NCBI RefSeq assembly: GCF_028641065.1
Contig: NC_073396.1
Span: forward strand, 11,098,001 to 11,162,000
From: Leucoraja erinacea
Lineage: Eukaryota
DNA: 64,000 nucleotides
Reading direction: 5' to 3'
Shown: positions 52,455-64,000 of the stretch, in pieces
How positions within the stretch are numbered: position 1 is the first letter of the stretch
How the letters are laid out: every line of letters begins with the position of its first letter
Program-made: the position numbers and the translations under genes
Notes under the pieces: generated by a model
Seen by the model: the letters and a program-made list of their open reading frames with translations, nothing else
What the model was told of the DNA's origin: nothing
Database searches by the model: none

Positions 52455-52676
52455 CAGTGCCCTCCATAATGTTTGGGACAAAGACGATCATTTAGTTATT
52501 TGCCTCTATACTCCACAATTTGAAATAAAAAACCACATGTGTAAAAATGGCCTTTATTAAAATCTGACTATGTGCACATTAACCACATGTGATTTGTTCT
52601 GTTACAAATCTCAAATTGTGGAGTACAGAGGAAATAAATAAGTGATGGGTCTTTGTCCCAAACATGGAGTGCACTG
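52455..52676. mobile_element. Tc1/mariner-like MITE
   Basis: TIR CAGTGCCCTCCATAATGTTTGGGACAAAGA / TCTTTGTCCCAAACATGGAGTGCACTG, followed by TA. Confidence 0.75.
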
Positions 52677-53974
52677 TATACTATTCATAATCTTTCAGTG
52701 TTTTTTAAATCAACTAGGTTATTGAGGTCTGGGTTGATGAGAGCAGAGCATTTGATGTTGTTCACGTTAATTTTTACGGCATTGGATTAAGTTCCATGCA
52801 ATATGCTTGTCATAAGATGGAAGCCCATGAAATAAAGCATGTGCAAGAAATTGGTTTAGTGACAGAGATTCATGGTGAATAGTTTTTCAGATTTGAGGAA
52901 AGTAGGTATTGATGCACCTTGGGAAACTGGAGGCATTACAGGAGCACATGATTTTGCAAACATCGATTTGGATCTTATTTGACTTTAATCTGATATCCTC
53001 AACTATGGTCAATATCCATTTGCCTAAGCTGAGCTGCATCCAGCAAGATCAGGCCTCTGTATCTCCACTCCCTAGAGTTAAGGCAAGATACAGACAGAGA
53101 ATAGTTAAGAAATAGCAGAACCTTAAACATAGAAGAGATTGTTTTTGACATTGTTTGCGTCGTGTTGCCTCAGTCACAACTGGTGCTTGATTTGAGTATC
53201 CATCAATGTAAAAGATGGCCATGCCTTTATTGTCCAGTTTGTATAGGGTTCAGAATTGCAAGAAATATCTAGTTCAGATGCAACTTCCAGTGGGTCAATA
53301 ATCATCTTTGAGATGATGCAGCTATTTCATTAGCCTGCATTATTCCTCACTATCAAATAAGTAGCTCCCAGGTTCATGATTGAAGGTTCATGCAGTGCCA
53401 TCCAACTTCCACTGAATTGAGTGCAGTGGTCGCAATTGGCAAGGAGGGTATTGAGGCTTCCCTTCTCATGTTTGAAGTGATGGCCTCTCCGTGTCAGTAG
53501 CCAGTCAACAGCCATTTACTTGATGACTTGCATGTTCCCATTTAATTCCAAATTTGTTCCTTGGTATGGCAACTGTCCATCCACAAATGAGTATAACAGT
53601 GCTTGGCCTTGGTTTAGTGACAGAGATTCATGGTGAATAGAGCATCTACACAAATAATATTTGCTCCTCCACTATGTGGTTCCTGTAAAATTCTGCGGGA
53701 AGATATTTGGTCACTGCGCCCTTTCTCTGGCATTAACAAATGTTATTTAAAGATGACTGAAGTTTAACTGAGCATATAATTTACACCACTGGCATTGAAT
53801 GCCAAATTCCATGTCCAAAGACAATGCTGTACAACTTTGCAAAAATCATCTGCATTTTATACTGAACAACACAAATGCATATTCCCTCGGCTGTTGTTAG
53901 GAGTGCATCTCCTGAATATAGCAGAGTCCCAAGCGGCGTGTTGAAAATATTGCAAATGTGGGTCAATGCCCTTT

Positions 53975-54275
53975 AATTTAGTTTAGAGATATAGCGTGGA
54001 AACAGGCCCTTCGGCCCATCGAGTTAATGCTGACAAGTGATTCCCCGCACATTGACACTATCCCACACACTAGGGACAATTTACATTTATGCCAAACCCA
54101 ATTAACCTACAAACCTGTAGATCTTTGGAACGTGGGAGGAAACCGGAGCTCTTGGAGAAAACCCACACGGTGATGGGGAGAATGTACAAGCTCTGTACTA
54201 ACAGCACCCGTAGTCGGGATCGAACCCGTGTCTCTGGCGCTGTCAGGCAGCAATTCTACCACTGCGCCACCATGC
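53975..54275 (-). mobile_element. HE1/V-SINE-like SINE, near full length
   Basis: Minus-strand TGGCGCAGTGG A-box and GGTTCGATCC B-box; same body and tail as the 10894 copy. Confidence 0.8.
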
Positions 54276-54641
54276 AGCCTTCTGGAATCCTAAATCTGCT
54301 TAATATCAAAAATACCAGTGGACAAGAAGTGATGAATGGAGGTAATTGGAGAATGTAATTGGAATCTCTTAATCACACTTTCCTTCCAATACTCTGAAGA
54401 AAATCGATGTGGCATTTGCTATTGCAGGGAAAACATAATAACACTGCTTAAAACAAGATTTGTCTTGAATTTTTGAAAAAAAATTTGAGCAGACTTATCT
54501 GATTTGCAAGATTTTCATAGCCATCCACCAGAGCAAAAGATTGGAAACAAAAAGGAGGCAGACCAAGATGAATGGAACTGCAGATTCTGGTTTACAAAAA
54601 AGGCACAAAGTACTGGAGTAACTGTAGATCAGTGTTACTCA

Positions 54642-55600
54642 TGTTATGAGTCTTACTTTGTAGCTATGCCCACTAGTTTAACAGAAAGCTTCTCAGCCCT
54701 TTCTCCCTCAGTCTTGAGTTGCGTATTAAGATGAAGTTACCTATGCTGTAACGCTAATAAAGTCTTTGGAGCTTAATCACTGTGTGTGACCTGAAGTTAT
54801 TCCAACAGCAAAAGATCGACATGGTGTCAGAGTGAACGGACTCACTCCTTGCTTAATTATATTGCTTTTATTTTAGTTTGTTGTTTTCTCCAGTATATAT
54901 TCCTATGGCTTCTGCTCTCAGAAAACCAGAGATCCTGATGTTTGACGAAGACCTCGCAGAACGGTGGCGCATATTTGAAGATTTCTCAATTTACATTGAA
55001 GCAGCTCACATACTGCTGCTCCCGGTATTCGAGCATCCCGGTATAGCAGGCACAGAAGCTCGAGCATCAATTCATTATCTAGGTTTGATCTAGCAGGCAC
55101 AGAATTGCCTACTATGCGAATTCTGACGATGTGCGTACGCCATAGGCATTTGTTTCTTTTTCGAACCTGTATGTATGTCAGTGCCTTGAAGCACATTGCC
55201 AGTCGATGCGATTTCAGGGATATATGTGATAGTCTAGTCCGTGACTGTTTGGTCTATGATATCCGCAATGATAAATTATGTGACGAGTTACTGCGGGATA
55301 CTGAGTTTACTCTAGAGACTGCTGAGTCTAGCTGAAATGGCTGACGCTCATACAAAGGTTTTAGGGCACTCTGTTGGTCGTGAAATTAATGTTGCCAGTA
55401 TGTCTTATCAAATCTCTCGCCGTTCTCCCCCAGTGCCTGACAACTCTATCATGAGACTAATAGACAATTGTTTTAACTGTGGGGGTTCGCATGCTGCTGC
55501 TCGTGACCTTTGTCTTGAGTATGGAAAATTATGCAGATTTTGTAACAAAAGGAATCATTTCTTCCAACGTCGCCGCTCGTGTAGCAACAGACTTCAAACA
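54642..55600 (+). mobile_element. Decayed Gypsy (Mag-like) LTR retrotransposon: 5' LTR, PBS and gag remnant
   Basis: ~180-bp TG...CA LTR with AATAAA (54642-54821), PBS TGGTGTCAGA at 54822, frameshifted gag (LRKPEILMFDEDLAERWRIF; RCDFRDICDSLVRD...) and two zinc knuckles (CFNCGGSH...C; CRFCNKRNHF). Confidence 0.8.
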
Positions 55601-58600
55601 AGGTGTCCTATCCTAATTTATAAGATATTGGCTGATTGTAACCTCAACTCTCATTTCATACTAATACACTGTAATCTTCCATACCCTCCCACCCAAATTC
55701 CTCATTTATTTACCTCTCCCTTTTAAAAACAAAAGTATAAAGACTAGATGTGTTCAGCTCAAGTCGGTTAACTAGGCTGAGGTCACATACTGCACTGGCT
55801 GCAATTCAATATTATGCAGCTGTAACCAAAATCTCCAATGTAGACAAGCCTGTTAATGTTTTACCATAATCCATGTACTACTTTGGCTTAAAGTGCTTTG
55901 GATGTTGTGAAAGGCAATGTGGAAACAATACAAAAAAGACTCCTATTTGTTTTGAGGTTACATTTTCTTAGTTCTCTTTAGCTATCTATCCCTTTCCAGC
56001 CTAAAATAACGATTTATGGCATCTGTATTGCACTTGATAATCTCAATTTCCCCAACAAAGTTGGTTTTGAGGTACAATTATTGTGTAATGAGAGGAGATT
56101 ATTGTGCAGCAAGATATTCTGCCGATGTTTGGGAGTGACTTTTTTTAGATAGTGTTTTCAAATCTTTTGCATCTGCTTGAGGGGGAAGATTGTGTTGAGT
56201 GTATTGCCTGTGAAGTAGCACATCTGGTGGTATAGCACGCATTCTTCCTAATCCTGCATTGTGATGCATCTTAGATTTGATGATTAAGGCTTTTGGAGCA
56301 GGACTTGAAATTCCAAACTTCTGACTGAGGTCACAGTGCTAGATGGTAGAAATTTAGCTTAAGCAGGCATCTGGGTTTAATACCTACCAATCATACTTTT
56401 CTTTATATTTGTACGATTTTAAGCACCAAAAATAATTATCGGTAGTGAAGTTCCATGGCCAAATTGAGTGTGACTTAATTATACTGGGAGGCTCATAAAC
56501 AGCTGGGCATCTTTTCTGGTCATGATTATTTGTCCCCTTCTGCTGCCCTTGTGAAATGTGATGTTATTGATAGTTTAAGTAAACCAACAACTGTTAGAAA
56601 GAATTGTGGATAACAAATGGCCCATGACCAACTACATGTACTAGATGTAATATTGAAAATGTTACTTATCTTAACTACTAAACCAGGTTCGCTTCTTAAT
56701 AAACAGACACCACACAAATGGCCCATGACCAACTACATGTATTAGATGTAATATCGCAGCTTTATTTTAGTCTAATGGCAATTTTGTTTTGTTTGAGCAA
56801 TGTTATAATAAATAACATTGCAGAAACTTGTATACTTACCTGATTGAAAAGTGGGTTTAGCCAAACCAGAGTTCATGCGCTCTACAATCAACCAAACTTG
56901 CTTGTTATAGTTAGTTTGTCGTCGAGATAGTACCAATTTAAACAATAGTAATTTTACACATTGTATTAAAAATGAGACAACGTGCATTACAAATGTTCCT
57001 TGGTCCCTTTCTCCACCAAAAGAATGTGTCAAAACTAAGTTGTGAGCATCGACATTGATGACAGATTTTTGTAGTTTCTTGAATAATGGAAGGAAATAGC
57101 ACGATAGCTAGTTCCAGCAAAATAAGATGGTTACAAATATTGAGTTTCATTCAGCTTTATACCATTTTGCTTAAAGTCAAGGTAACCATCCAATAGTTAT
57201 TAGTTTTTAAAACATAGTAAACATTTCTATTGGCATTAGATTTCAAAATATATACATCCTTTTCAATTCATTGATGCATTTTGTAAAATATGGTCATACA
57301 AATTTGCATTAGATGTGAAAGTTCTGATGAATGGTCATTGGCCTAAAACATTAACTCTTTCTTTCTCCACAGGCAATCATAGATTTGTTGACCACCATGT
57401 TCTGATTTTATTTGCATCAGGAATTCTAAAAGCAATGATGCCAAAATATATTACTACTATAAAAATGCCTACACTGTGCCCTTTTTAATATCACTATCAG
57501 GAAAACATAACAACATAGTGGATTTATTTATAATTAACTGAAAACATGAGCAAGAGAAGTAGGAGCCTCTTTTGCTCTAATTTGCTGTTTACAATTTTGT
57601 CTTGGGGTGGTGGGGATATGTGGGAAAAACATGCACGTTAAATTATAAGCAAAGTTATAGTTTTCTTGTTTTTGAAGTACATAGTAGCTTGACATATAAC
57701 GTTATCAGTTTTCTAAAGTATTATGTTTCTGTGGTTAATATGTCTTGACAAAACAAGTAGAAAGGCTGAAGTACTGAATGGACTATAATTTTACTGAGTA
57801 AGATTTTGATGGAAAACTTGGAAGAATGTCGTGAGGATTACGCAGGTATTGGGCTTTTTTTTTTCAAACCAGTGATTCTCATTGCTGACGCTACAGTAAG
57901 CTACCTACCATGCAATCCCCTATTTTTACTTTGGCTTGGAGAGATCCTTGGCATCAAGCAGTCCTTCTAAAGTAAAATTGTCCAACAAATTGATTTTCCA
58001 TACAGTCAATTAGGAAGAGCAGGCAAATTAAGAATTTGTGACATGGGAGATTAGTGAGCTGAAATATAAGCTTTTTAAAACATTAACTCAATCATGAAAT
58101 AATTGAGAAGAATTTGCAAAACCCATATTAGATTGTAGGTTTATAGCAAGTTTTCCAATGTTTGGTTTGATAAATATTTTAGAAGTCCCTCAGTCCTCAT
58201 CAAACAAAGCTTGTAATTTTTAACCAAATACTTAATAGTGAGATGAGAGTACATATCTGAAGTGTTCATGAATCCAATTGATTTCTCTTGATTACAGTAG
58301 ATAGCTGGTCAGCTTTGGAAGTAGGGTTGAATCATGGCAGGAACTTGACTATTTCAAAGTTAAAGTTTGCACGTACAGAAATCCCATTGTTGATATAAAT
58401 TTTATAGTGTAATAATGGCAAAAGCTGAATTTCATTGTCTGCCCAACTGCAAAACATGGACATGTAATTTATAGCCTATTCATGAATTTCAACTGCCTAG
58501 TAATTGGGCTGATGTCCTGCTTAATAGATGGAACCCAACTTACATTTTTATTATTTTCAAAAAATGGAGAAAATAGTTAAATGTTATATCAAATACCTCT

Positions 58601-58682
58601 GCATGTTTTGGGTCTGTGCGGAAAAAATAGTTGTGGGTGAACTGCAGCTTATGATGTAAATAAATGTTGTTTCTTTTTAAAG

Positions 58683-58859
58683 CTGTCCATATCTCCATCG
58701 AACAACCGGGGACACAGAAAGAAAGTATCATCTACGTTATTATAAGACTGGTACATGCATCCATGAAACCGATGCTCGTGGGCACTGTGTGAAAAATGGG
58801 CTTCATTGTGCATTTGCACATGGGCCACATGATCTTCGCCCTCCTGTTTATGACATAAG
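58683..58859 (+). CDS. UNKL: UNKL exon 3
   Basis: CPYLHRTTGDTERKYHLRYYKTGTCIHETDARGHCVKNGLHCAFAHGPHDLRPPVYDI(R); 177 bp, after a ~24.4 kb intron. Confidence 0.96.
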
Positions 58860-60689
58860 GTACTTTTTTGCTTTTATTATGACTAACATATTTTGCGTTA
58901 TTTTCTGACTGCCTGTTTGTTGGTCTGTAATCCGTGGTTAAAACTTTTTTTTCCAGCAAGTAAGGGATTTTTTTGTTGCATCCAATGATATAGAATCATA
59001 GAGTGATACAATGCGGAAACGGGCCCTTTGGCACCACTCGCCCACACTGGCCAACATGTCCCAGCTACACTAGTTCTACCTGCCCACATATGGTCCATAT
59101 TCCTCCAAATCTGTCCTTTCCATGGAATGTTGTCATTCTTTCTTGATTCGCATTGCTCTTCGCTACATTTTTGATGTATATCAATTCCCTTGTCTGCTTG
59201 ACCCCAGGGAATGAATTGTTTCTGTTAAGCAGAGTTCAATTAAATTGTTGTGTGGGCACAGCAACAGGTTGTGTTGCAATAAGTGGAATATATTATAGTA
59301 AATATTGATTGTAGTTTTATATTGTGTGTGTGTGTATATATATAAATATTGTTTATTAACAGTTGGTTTATCAGGCAACTAAAATTTCTGCTGTAACCAT
59401 TTCAGAGTTGAAAATGATTTTTCATTTTCAAGCCGAAACACTGCAAAATTTTACCTGTTGGTTTGTCTAATTACTCGCTGCAATGATGTTGATTATAATT
59501 GGACAACAAATTGCCTTAGATTCTATTTATGTCTTTCCATGCTTTTCTATTATTATGTTAAAATCTAAGTAATATGAGAAGAATGACAAAATTTACAGTT
59601 TAAAAAAAGATATAGGAGGCCGTTTGTTTTATCTTAGCTCAACCGGCAACACCTATCAGTTCAATTCCACCTACCCCAAGCAGCTGCCAATTGTTTCTAT
59701 AACAATTTTGGTTCTGAATTGAAGAGAGTTAGTATTTTCACTCTCTCCTCGCATAAACCCCCAACGCAATTTGCCAGTGTTAAGTGCCCCTCAGTCATAA
59801 TCAACAACTTGTAGATTCCGAGTAATATTTGCTCATATCGGCCCATTAATATTTCACGAATCTCCTGCCCTAAACTGTAAGTTGATTTTGTTCATTTTAT
59901 TTCGCAATATGGGCCCCGAATCCAAAACCCAGAGCCAGCAACTATTTAATGTGAATTTTAAATGCAGAAGTTTGTCCTGAATTAAATTTGTAGACGAAGG
60001 TGAAAATATTAGCTGTCAGATGATAATACATCTTGAAATAATATGAGCCCTGGGTTTTATTTATTGTTGTGGTTAAAGTTCTTTTGTCACCAAGGAAACA
60101 AAGAAACCTTTCTGCCTTATCTCCCCTCCACCCATTGTTCCTCATGTATGTACTTTCACAATACACAATGTTTATAATTTCCTCCCTGATTTCAGAAAAG
60201 CAGAAGTGATGCGTTGGGCAGTTAGTGAACCATGTTTGCCATGAGGTGAATTGCATTATATGCATTGTGCTGTAGAGCATGAACTAGCAATAGTCAAAAT
60301 GAAGAATGCTAGAAATATTCTAAAGGGCAGGCAGCGTATTTGGAGAGAGAGCAAGTAAATGTTTTAGATAACGTTTTGCCAGTGGTGTTCATCAGAATTA
60401 ACCTTGAAAATTAATTTTATCTGTCTCTCCATAGATGCTCGCTAACGTTGAATATTTCAGCATATTCTATTATCAGCTATTTTCAATGAAATGTCATTGA
60501 AAATACGGAGGGGCATCTCCATCGGTTGTTTCAGTAATAAAGTGAAACTTGTGTTCGTGATTGACAGCCATGCAAATAATAAACGTTGAACAGTTTTAGT
60601 TATTCGAAAAATGCTTGAGCTGTCCAGTGAATGCTCTGAACATTCCTCAGTCAGGGAAGACTATATCTAACCATTTTATTCCAAAGTTT

Positions 60690-61330
60690 AGTGATTATGA
60701 GTTGGGTGGCTGCGTTCTGGACCAGTTGGAGTCGGTTGATGTAGGTGGAGCTGATGCCAAGGAGAAGTGAGTTGCAATAGTCCAGTCGGGAGGAGATGAA
60801 GGCATGGATGAGTCTTTCAGCAGCGGGAGGTGTGAGAGAGGGTCTGAGTTTGGCGATGTTGCAGAGATGAAAGAAGGAGGTTTTAATGACATGGCGGATG
60901 TGAGGCTCAAGGGAGAGGGTGGAATCAAAGATCACGCCAAGGTTGCGGACCTGGGGAGATGGTGGTGCCGTCGATGGTGAGAGTGGGGTTATTGATTTTG
61001 CTGAGCGTGGCTTTGGAGCCTATGAGGAGGAATTCTGTCTTATCGCTGTTGAGTTTGAGGAAGTTATGTTGCATCCAGGTTTTTATAGCTGACAAACAGG
61101 AGTTGATATGGGAGAGGGGGGAGATTTGGTGCCGAGGTAGATCCGGGTATCATCGGCGTAACAGTGGAAGTCCAGGTTGAAGTGGCGGAGTATCTGACCA
61201 AGGGAGAGGATGTAGATGATGAAGAGGAGGGGGCCGAGTACAGAGCCTTGGGGAACGCCTTGAGTGACTGTGGCTGTAGCAGAGGTGTGGTTGTGGAGAG
61301 AGATGACGTGGGATCTGTTGGAAAGGTAGG
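60690..61330 (-). mobile_element. L2-type LINE RT fragment
   Basis: GVPQGSVLGPLLFIIY...FHCYADDTRIY; IFDSTLSLEPHIRHVIKTSFFHL...RLDYCNSLL. Confidence 0.85.
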
Positions 61331-61334
61331 AACG

Positions 61335-61900
61335 GAGCCTCATAGCATCCTCCTCACCGTTCACACTGCCACCCAGCTTTGTGACATCTGCAAATTTGCT
61401 AATGTTACTTTGAATCCCTTCATCTAAATCATTGATGTATATTGTATATTGTAAATTGCTGCGGTCCCAGCACCGAGCCTTGTGGTACCCCACTAGTCAC
61501 TGCCTGCCATTCTGAAAGGGACCCGTTAATCTCTACTCTTTGTTTCCTGTCTGCCAACCAATTTTCTATCCATGTCAGCACTCTACCCCCCAATACCAAA
61601 TGCCCTAATTTTGTCCACTAATCTCCTATGTGGGACCTTATCAAATGCTTTCTGAAAGTCCAGGTACACTACATGCACTTGCTCTCCCTTGTCCATTTTC
61701 CTTGTTACATTCTCAAAAAATTCCAGAAGATTAGTCAAGCATGATTTCCCCTTCATAAATCCATGCTGACTCGGACTGATCCTGTTACTGCTATCCAAAT
61801 GTGCCGCAATTTCATCTTTTATAATTGACTCCAGAATCTTCCCCACCACCGATGTCAGGCTAACTGGTCTATAATTCCCTGTTTTCTCTCTCCCACCTCT
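61335..61900 (-). mobile_element. CR1-type LINE RT fragment
   Basis: VGKILESIIKD...SQHGFMKGKSCLTNLLEFFE...VYLDFQKAFDKVPH; YINDLDEGIQSNISKFAD. Confidence 0.9.
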
Positions 61901-63081
61901 TGCGTTCCTTTACCACTTTCCCAGTTGAATTTCCTCTTACATTCCTTTAACACTTTCCCAGTTCATGTACCTTACCAAGTTTACGATTCTTGCAATGACC
62001 ATTGCAATTTAATCAAAAGAAAATCAGTATTCTGTTTTTCTCGTTGTAAAGTCACATAAGCAACCTATGGCATTCCGTGCATTTTCGATAGACAGTAGGT
62101 GCAGGATTGGCCATTTGGTCCTTCAAGCCAGCACCGCCCTTCAATGTGATCATGGCGGATCATCCACAATCAGTACCCCGTTCCTGCCTTCTCCCCATAT
62201 CCCCTGACCGTTCCTGCCTTCTCCCCATATCCCCTATGTTTAAGAGCCCTATCCAGCTCTCTTGAAAGTATCCAGAGAACCGGCCTCCACCCCCCTCTGA
62301 GGCAGAGAATTCCACAAACTCGCAACTGTCTGTGTGAAAAAGTGTTTCCTCATCTCCGTTCAAAATGGCTTACCACTTATTCTTTATAGGGTTTCAGGAG
62401 AAAGCATTTTTGTTTAAGGATGCTGCATTGGACTTGGATTTGGGGTTTTTATTTTCCACTTCAATTTCTCTTTGTGTTTCCAGCATTTTCTGTTTTTATC
62501 TTAATCTGTTGAATTACCTCTTTTCCTTCACAGCTAGAGAAGACAGGAATGCCAATAATAAGTGAGATGATCTAAAAATAAATCTGTCTATAAGCTTTAG
62601 ACACTAATTTAACTAAAATCGACCCCGTGATTCTGGTTTATTTCTTTTTTGAACTGTATATCACAGGGTCATGGGTTCAGTCAACAATATCAAGATCAGA
62701 AGTTCATGTGAATGATTGCAAACCATGCAAATGGTTGTTGGAGATATTGCACTTAAAATGTTCTCCCCTATACACAAATGATATTGTATTCCTATAATCC
62801 TCAAAATATTCATAACAAGGTGGGATTAAGTTCTTGACCAGTTAGATACATTACTTGGTTGTAAAATAGTGCGCAGAAATTAAAATGGAAATATTGCGGA
62901 GGATTAGCTGTCAAGGAAACTTTAGTTTTGAAAGAGATGAAAATTCAAGTATCCTGCAAACCAACGGGATTATATTAATAGCCGCATATTTGTGATTAAG
63001 ATATGTCTGCAGAAGTCCACGTGTGGCCTAATTGAGGTTAGGCCAATAGTTGTACGTTTAACCTATTTTCTTATTTTCTAG

Positions 63082-63215
63082 GGAACTCCAAGCACAAGAA
63101 GCTCTGCAGAATGGCCAGCTCGGAGCAGGGGAAGGCCTTCCTGATCTCCAGCCAGGTGTACTGGCTAGTCAAGCCATGATCGAAAAGACACTAACTGAAG
63201 ATCCGAGATGGCAAG
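63082..63215 (+). CDS. UNKL: UNKL exon 4 (gene continues beyond the right edge)
   Basis: ELQAQEALQNGQLGAGEGLPDLQPGVLASQAMIEKTLTEDPRWQ; the PDLQPGVLASQAMIEK linker is UNKL-like rather than UNK-like. Confidence 0.93.
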
Positions 63216-64000
63216 GTAAAAATAGATATAAATCACCTATGACATTAAATGTGACTTAAGACTTGGTTCTTTAATCATTAGATGTCATTATCTTTTTTTG
63301 GATGGATTTCATAATTTCTGTTGGTTTGTTTAAGTGTCAACTTATTATGCAAGAGTAACAAAACACTTCAATTTTTATAATGCATCAGAATATGGGAAAG
63401 CCCCTGATATGTCAGCAAGCACAGAAACGGTCTTTGGCCCATCATGTCCCAGTTGTCCAGCAACTACCTAGATATTTTCTAGAACATGATCTATATGTTC
63501 TCTGCTTTGACATTTCATGCTCTTCTAAATATAAAATGTTATGAATGTATTTGGCCTCCCCATCCTTCAAGATTCCAAACACTTTCCTGAGTGGAGGGGG
63601 AACTCTAAATCCATTCACTCTTACCTTAAACTGTTTCACTCTGGCATCTCTACTAAAGGGGAATATTTCTGCCTTATCTATTCCCCTCATAGTTATGTGC
63701 TCCTCATTTGGATCCCCATCCATCTTGTTCACTCTAAATAGTGCCTGTGCAGTGTTTCCTCATTGCTGATAGGTCCTTCCTAGCCTATATGCAGTTGAAT
63801 CTCCTCGCTATCTCTTCTATTGTGTAAACATCCTCCTTAAATGGTGTGGTGATCAGAACTACACCAACTGTAGCCGAACTAATATTTTAGATAATTGTGC
63901 CATAATTTATTTCCTGCATTTACATTCTTTACCCTGTCTAATGAAAGCAACAATCCTCTGTAATTTCTTAAACACTTTATTAACATTGGTTTATTATTGT

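Noticed and set aside
54878-55726. Domesticated gag-like host gene
   Set aside because: Multiple frameshifts, stops and deletions; retains LTR and PBS, so it is a decayed retrotransposon.
33730-63215. Calling the unkempt gene UNK because it adjoins an H3.3 gene
   Set aside because: The N-terminus (MPSVSKAA) and exon-4 linker (PDLQPGVLASQAMIEK) match UNKL as recalled, as does linkage to C16orf91/UQCC4.

Overview
This is eukaryotic, intron-rich vertebrate DNA. The repeat content (HE1/V-SINE-like SINEs, CR1/HER1-like LINEs, abundant Penelope-like elements) suggests a cartilaginous fish, probably a skate or ray; that is inferred, not proven. Four spliced genes can be rebuilt with consistent GT-AG sites and phases. 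TOP3A is on the minus strand (exons 1-15, continuing off the left edge). UQCC4/C16orf91/CCSMST1 is on the plus strand (2 coding exons, 146 aa). An intron-containing histone H3.3 gene is on the minus strand (3 coding exons). UNKL is on the plus strand (exons 1-4, continuing off the right edge). The rest is mostly transposon debris. Highlights: (1) a ~1.2 kb aperiodic, almost adenine-free, CpG-rich block interrupting a Penelope tail just before its hammerhead motif, most likely a long-read artefact; (2) many minimal hammerhead-ribozyme motifs in Penelope tails, some with target-site duplications or fold-back arms; (3) an H3.3-UNKL head-to-head pair that looks like a retained paralogue of the mammalian H3F3B-UNK pair; (4) uORFs overlapping the start codons of TOP3A and H3.3; (5) a frame-preserving 21-bp VNTR inside a long ORF just upstream of the UNKL start codon. 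I see no firm evidence of a wholly new biological system. Coordinates were counted by hand and family assignments come from recalled sequences, not database searches.
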